Source: Candidatus Berkelbacteria bacterium CG10_big_fil_rev_8_21_14_0_10_41_12
GTDB lineage: Bacteria; Patescibacteriota; UBA1384; 1-14-0-10-41-12
Reading direction: 5' to 3'
NCBI GenBank assembly: GCA_002778735.1
Contig: PEZV01000002.1
Location: 1-47,133 of the forward strand
DNA: 47,133 bases
A model generated the notes under the pieces. That model saw only the letters and a list, made by a program, of their open reading frames with translations. It had not been told where the DNA came from and searched no databases. A program made the translations under genes and the position numbers. Shown in pieces: positions 45,030-47,133 of this stretch. Within the stretch, counting starts at the first letter, position 1; each line of letters opens with the position of its first letter.

Positions 45030-45058
45030 ATTTTAAAGCAAGTGTATTTTGTTGTCAA
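45030..45058 (-). promoter_or_regulatory. candidate leftward promoter upstream of island 2
   Basis: Minus strand reads TTGACA-17 nt-TAAAAT. Confidence 0.5.
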
Positions 45059-45062
45059 ATTT

Positions 45063-45164
45063 ACCCCCACACTAAATCCCGAGGGTATGATTTGAACCGC
45101 TGGGTTAATTAACGTATTTACCAAAATGATTAAATTACCATTGTTGAGAGTTTGGTGTGGGGGT
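45063..45164 (+). repeat. inverted-repeat element, copy B
   Basis: ACCCCCACAC (45063-45072) pairs perfectly with GTGTGGGGGT (45155-45164), loop 82 nt. The core CTGGGTTAATTAACGTATTTACCAAAATGATTAAA is homologous to copy A. Confidence 0.75.
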
Positions 45165-45204
45165 GATATTGCCTCGCAGTTCATCGGGTGATATGGTTTA
45201 ACTA

Positions 45205-46653
45205 ATGAATAAAATTTATATAACCACCCCACTTTATTATGTAAATGACGTGCCCCATATCGGACACGCTTATACGACAATTGCGGCAGATGTGCTCAGT
45301 AGGCATTACAAAGCAAAAGGCAATGAGGTTTTTCTGTTAACTGGCACGGATGAACACGGCGCCAAAATTGCCGATGCGGCAAAGCGAGCCGGTAAAGATC
45401 CTAAAGATTTTGCCGATGAACTTGTGCCGAAGTTTATTGACACGTGGAAAAATCTTGATGTTAAATATGATGAATTTTTTAGAACTACGGACCCTAAACA
45501 TGAAGAGGTCGTCAAGGATTTTATAAAAAAACTTAAAGATAAGGGACATATTGAGAAGAAATCCTACGAGGGCTGGTACTGCATTGGTTGCGAAAAGTAT
45601 TTATCTCAAGAGGATTTGGTTGATGGCAAATGTCCTGATCACAAAACTGAGCCGGTTAAACAGTTTGAAGAGAACTATTTTTTTCTACTTTCAAAATTTC
45701 AAGAGAGGTTAATTAAGGCGATTGAATCAGGAGAATTAGATATTGCTCCAATCTCGCGCAAGAACGAGATACTCGGCAAGATAAAACAAGGTTTGCAGGA
45801 TGTGAGTATTTCTAGAGAAAATGTGCGGTGGGGAATTAAATTTCCCGGGGATGAGAAGCAGACAGTTTATGTCTGGGTTGATGCGCTAATCAATTATTAT
45901 TCTGCGACAAAGATTTATAAAGAACTTGACGATTGGGAATCGCATCCGGCAGATATTCATCTAATTGGTAAAGACATCTTATGGTTCCATGCAGTTATCT
46001 GGCCGGCAATGCTCGTGGCATTAGATCTGCCCTTGCCTAAGAAGATTTTTGCTCATGGATTTTTCACCATCGGCGGAGAAAAAATGTCTAAAACGATCGG
46101 CAATATTCTTGATCCGAATAAACTGGTAGACAAATTTGGTGCTGATGCGCTTCGGTATGCTCTGTTGCGCGAATTTCCGTTTGGCGAAGACGGGGATATC
46201 TCGGAGGAGAAAATTGCCAAGCGGTATGAAAATGATCTGGCCAATGGTCTGGGAAATTTGCTTAATCGGACTATAAGCATGATTAATAAGAATGGACTAG
46301 AAAAAGATACTTTTCAGATCAAAAAAGTTGTTCCTGATACATTAACAGTTAACGGCGTTAAATTTTCGCAGGATGAATATTATGCTCAACATATGAAAAA
46401 TTTTTCTTTTGACGATTATCTACATGATATTTGGTGGCTATATATTAAAACCTCTAATGAGCTGATTGATAGAGAAAAACCTTGGGAGTTGGCAAAAAAA
46501 AATAAAAATTTGAGTGTGCTCTATCATTGTTATAAAGAGTTGGTACAGATCTCTTATTTGTTGAATCCCTTCATGCCGAAAACTGCTGAAAAGATGAGTA
46601 AACAACTTAAGACATTAAAACCGGAGCTGTTATTTCCTAAATTGGATAAATAA
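45205..46653 (+). CDS. metG: methionine--tRNA ligase (short form, no C-terminal tRNA-binding appendix)
   Basis: PLYYVNDVPHIGHAYT (HIGH), a CxxC...CPDH zinc knuckle, and KMSKTIGN. Confidence 0.94.
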   Translation: MNKIYITTPLYYVNDVPHIGHAYTTIAADVLSRHYKAKGNEVFLLTGTDEHGAKIADAAKRAGKDPKDFADELVPKFIDTWKNLDVKYDEFFRTTDPKHEEVVKDFIKKLKDKGHIEKKSYEGWYCIGCEKYLSQEDLVDGKCPDHKTEPVKQFEENYFFLLSKFQERLIKAIESGELDIAPISRKNEILGKIKQGLQDVSISRENVRWGIKFPGDEKQTVYVWVDALINYYSATKIYKELDDWESHPADIHLIGKDILWFHAVIWPAMLVALDLPLPKKIFAHGFFTIGGEKMSKTIGNILDPNKLVDKFGADALRYALLREFPFGEDGDISEEKIAKRYENDLANGLGNLLNRTISMINKNGLEKDTFQIKKVVPDTLTVNGVKFSQDEYYAQHMKNFSFDDYLHDIWWLYIKTSNELIDREKPWELAKKNKNLSVLYHCYKELVQISYLLNPFMPKTAEKMSKQLKTLKPELLFPKLDK

Positions 46654-46665
46654 AAAGGGGGAATT

Positions 46666-47028
46666 ATGTGCCTCTATACAATATTAAGATGGGTGATCAA
46701 TGCCCTGATTCTTATGCTTTTGCCGTATGTAGTGCCGGGGGTAGAAGTGGCAAATTTCTTTACGGCGCTTGTTGTTGCAATAGTGTTGGCCTTTGTCAAT
46801 GCGGTAATCAGGCCGATTATTATTCTTTTGACTTTACCAATCAATATTTTGACACTTGGGCTTTTTACCTTATTCATTAACGGGTTTATGTTTTGGTTTG
46901 TGTCAAATATTGTCAAGGGGTTTGATGTCTCAAATTTCTGGAGTGCGTTCTTAGCTGCTCTTGTTTATTCTATTCTTTCGATTCTGGTTAGTATGATCGA
47001 CGAATCAAAGGAAACCACTCGAGGCTAA
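46666..47028 (+). CDS. DUF360 / phage-holin-family-4-like membrane protein (YvlD-like)
   Basis: 120 aa with four hydrophobic helices. NAVIRPIIILLTLPINILTLGLFTLFINGFMFW is typical of DUF360. Confidence 0.7.
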   Translation: MCLYTILRWVINALILMLLPYVVPGVEVANFFTALVVAIVLAFVNAVIRPIIILLTLPINILTLGLFTLFINGFMFWFVSNIVKGFDVSNFWSAFLAALVYSILSILVSMIDESKETTRG

Positions 47029-47133
47029 TTTAGCAAAATTATTTATCTCAAGATTTTTTTAAGAGACTTAATGTGACAGATACTTTTTGAACACTTTATA
47101 CCTGTAATATTTTACTTTGAACCTGTTGCACCT

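Noticed and set aside
44970-45204. T-box riboswitch upstream of metG.
   Set aside because: The length is suitable and GGGTATGATTTGAACCGCTGG loosely recalls the T-box GGGUGGUACCGCG. However, I could not find the AGAGA / specifier-loop / UGGN-bulge architecture or a terminator. The same sequence family also occurs next to non-aaRS genes (copies A and C). Mini-ORFs in this leader (TTG-10 codons, and ATG-GTT-TAA) look fortuitous.
44936-45280. 114-aa minus-strand ORF spanning the island 2 / metG spacer.
   Set aside because: It runs across the metG start, repeat element B, the candidate promoter and the GC hairpins. It has no RBS or recognisable domain and is most likely non-coding.

Overview
AT-rich window (hand counts on single 60-nt lines give about 30% G+C) packed with streamlined housekeeping genes. 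Gene content suggests a Patescibacteria/CPR-type bacterium; this is inference from class I LysRS, DUF5652, DUF4012, K/E-rich tails on ribosomal proteins, a helicase-dead PriA and domain-trimmed ThrS and MiaB. Left to right: tmRNA, lgt, tRNA-Val, smpB. Then a plus-strand dTTP supply cluster: two UPF0200-like P-loop kinases, a dCMP-deaminase/dUTPase fusion, glyA, GIY-YIG, a double-length thyX and tmk, followed by thrS and a Nudix gene. From about 10.1 to 44.9 kb all called genes are on the minus strand: MiaB-like, L25, a large low-complexity surface protein, trmD, KH, S16, fmt, def, GT4, priA-like, obg, LysM-M23 peptidase, cdaA-cdaR, infB, gyrA, gyrB, a DUF4012/Wzz/GT4/sugar-transferase polysaccharide locus, a cluster of small membrane and secreted proteins, rnhB, a DEDDy exonuclease and class I lysK. 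The window ends with metG and a DUF360 membrane protein. Main hunt results: (1) Two G+C-rich islands (52-62% on sampled lines), each with its own GC-rich terminator, sit in the AT-rich backbone. Island 1 (about 31.84-34.67 kb) is a translationally coupled operon: a PlsY acyltransferase fused to an acyl-ACP-reductase-like thioester dehydrogenase domain, plus a very divergent GpsA-like dehydrogenase. It is driven by a backbone-style promoter, and I propose it is a laterally acquired, possibly PlsX-independent lysophosphatidate or lipid-entry module. Island 2 (about 44.16-44.97 kb) is an orphan SpoT/Mesh1-type HD hydrolase behind a terminator-containing leader. (2) A roughly 100-nt inverted-repeat element family (arms CCCACACCAAA / TTTGGTGTGGG, loops 72-82 nt) occurs three times, always intergenic. 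(3) Two genes (cdaA and the surface protein) cannot start at ATG/GTG/TTG without losing their N-terminal transmembrane segments. (4) A 52-aa lipoprotein ORF is missing from the track. No CRISPR array, rRNA, integrase or transposase was seen.
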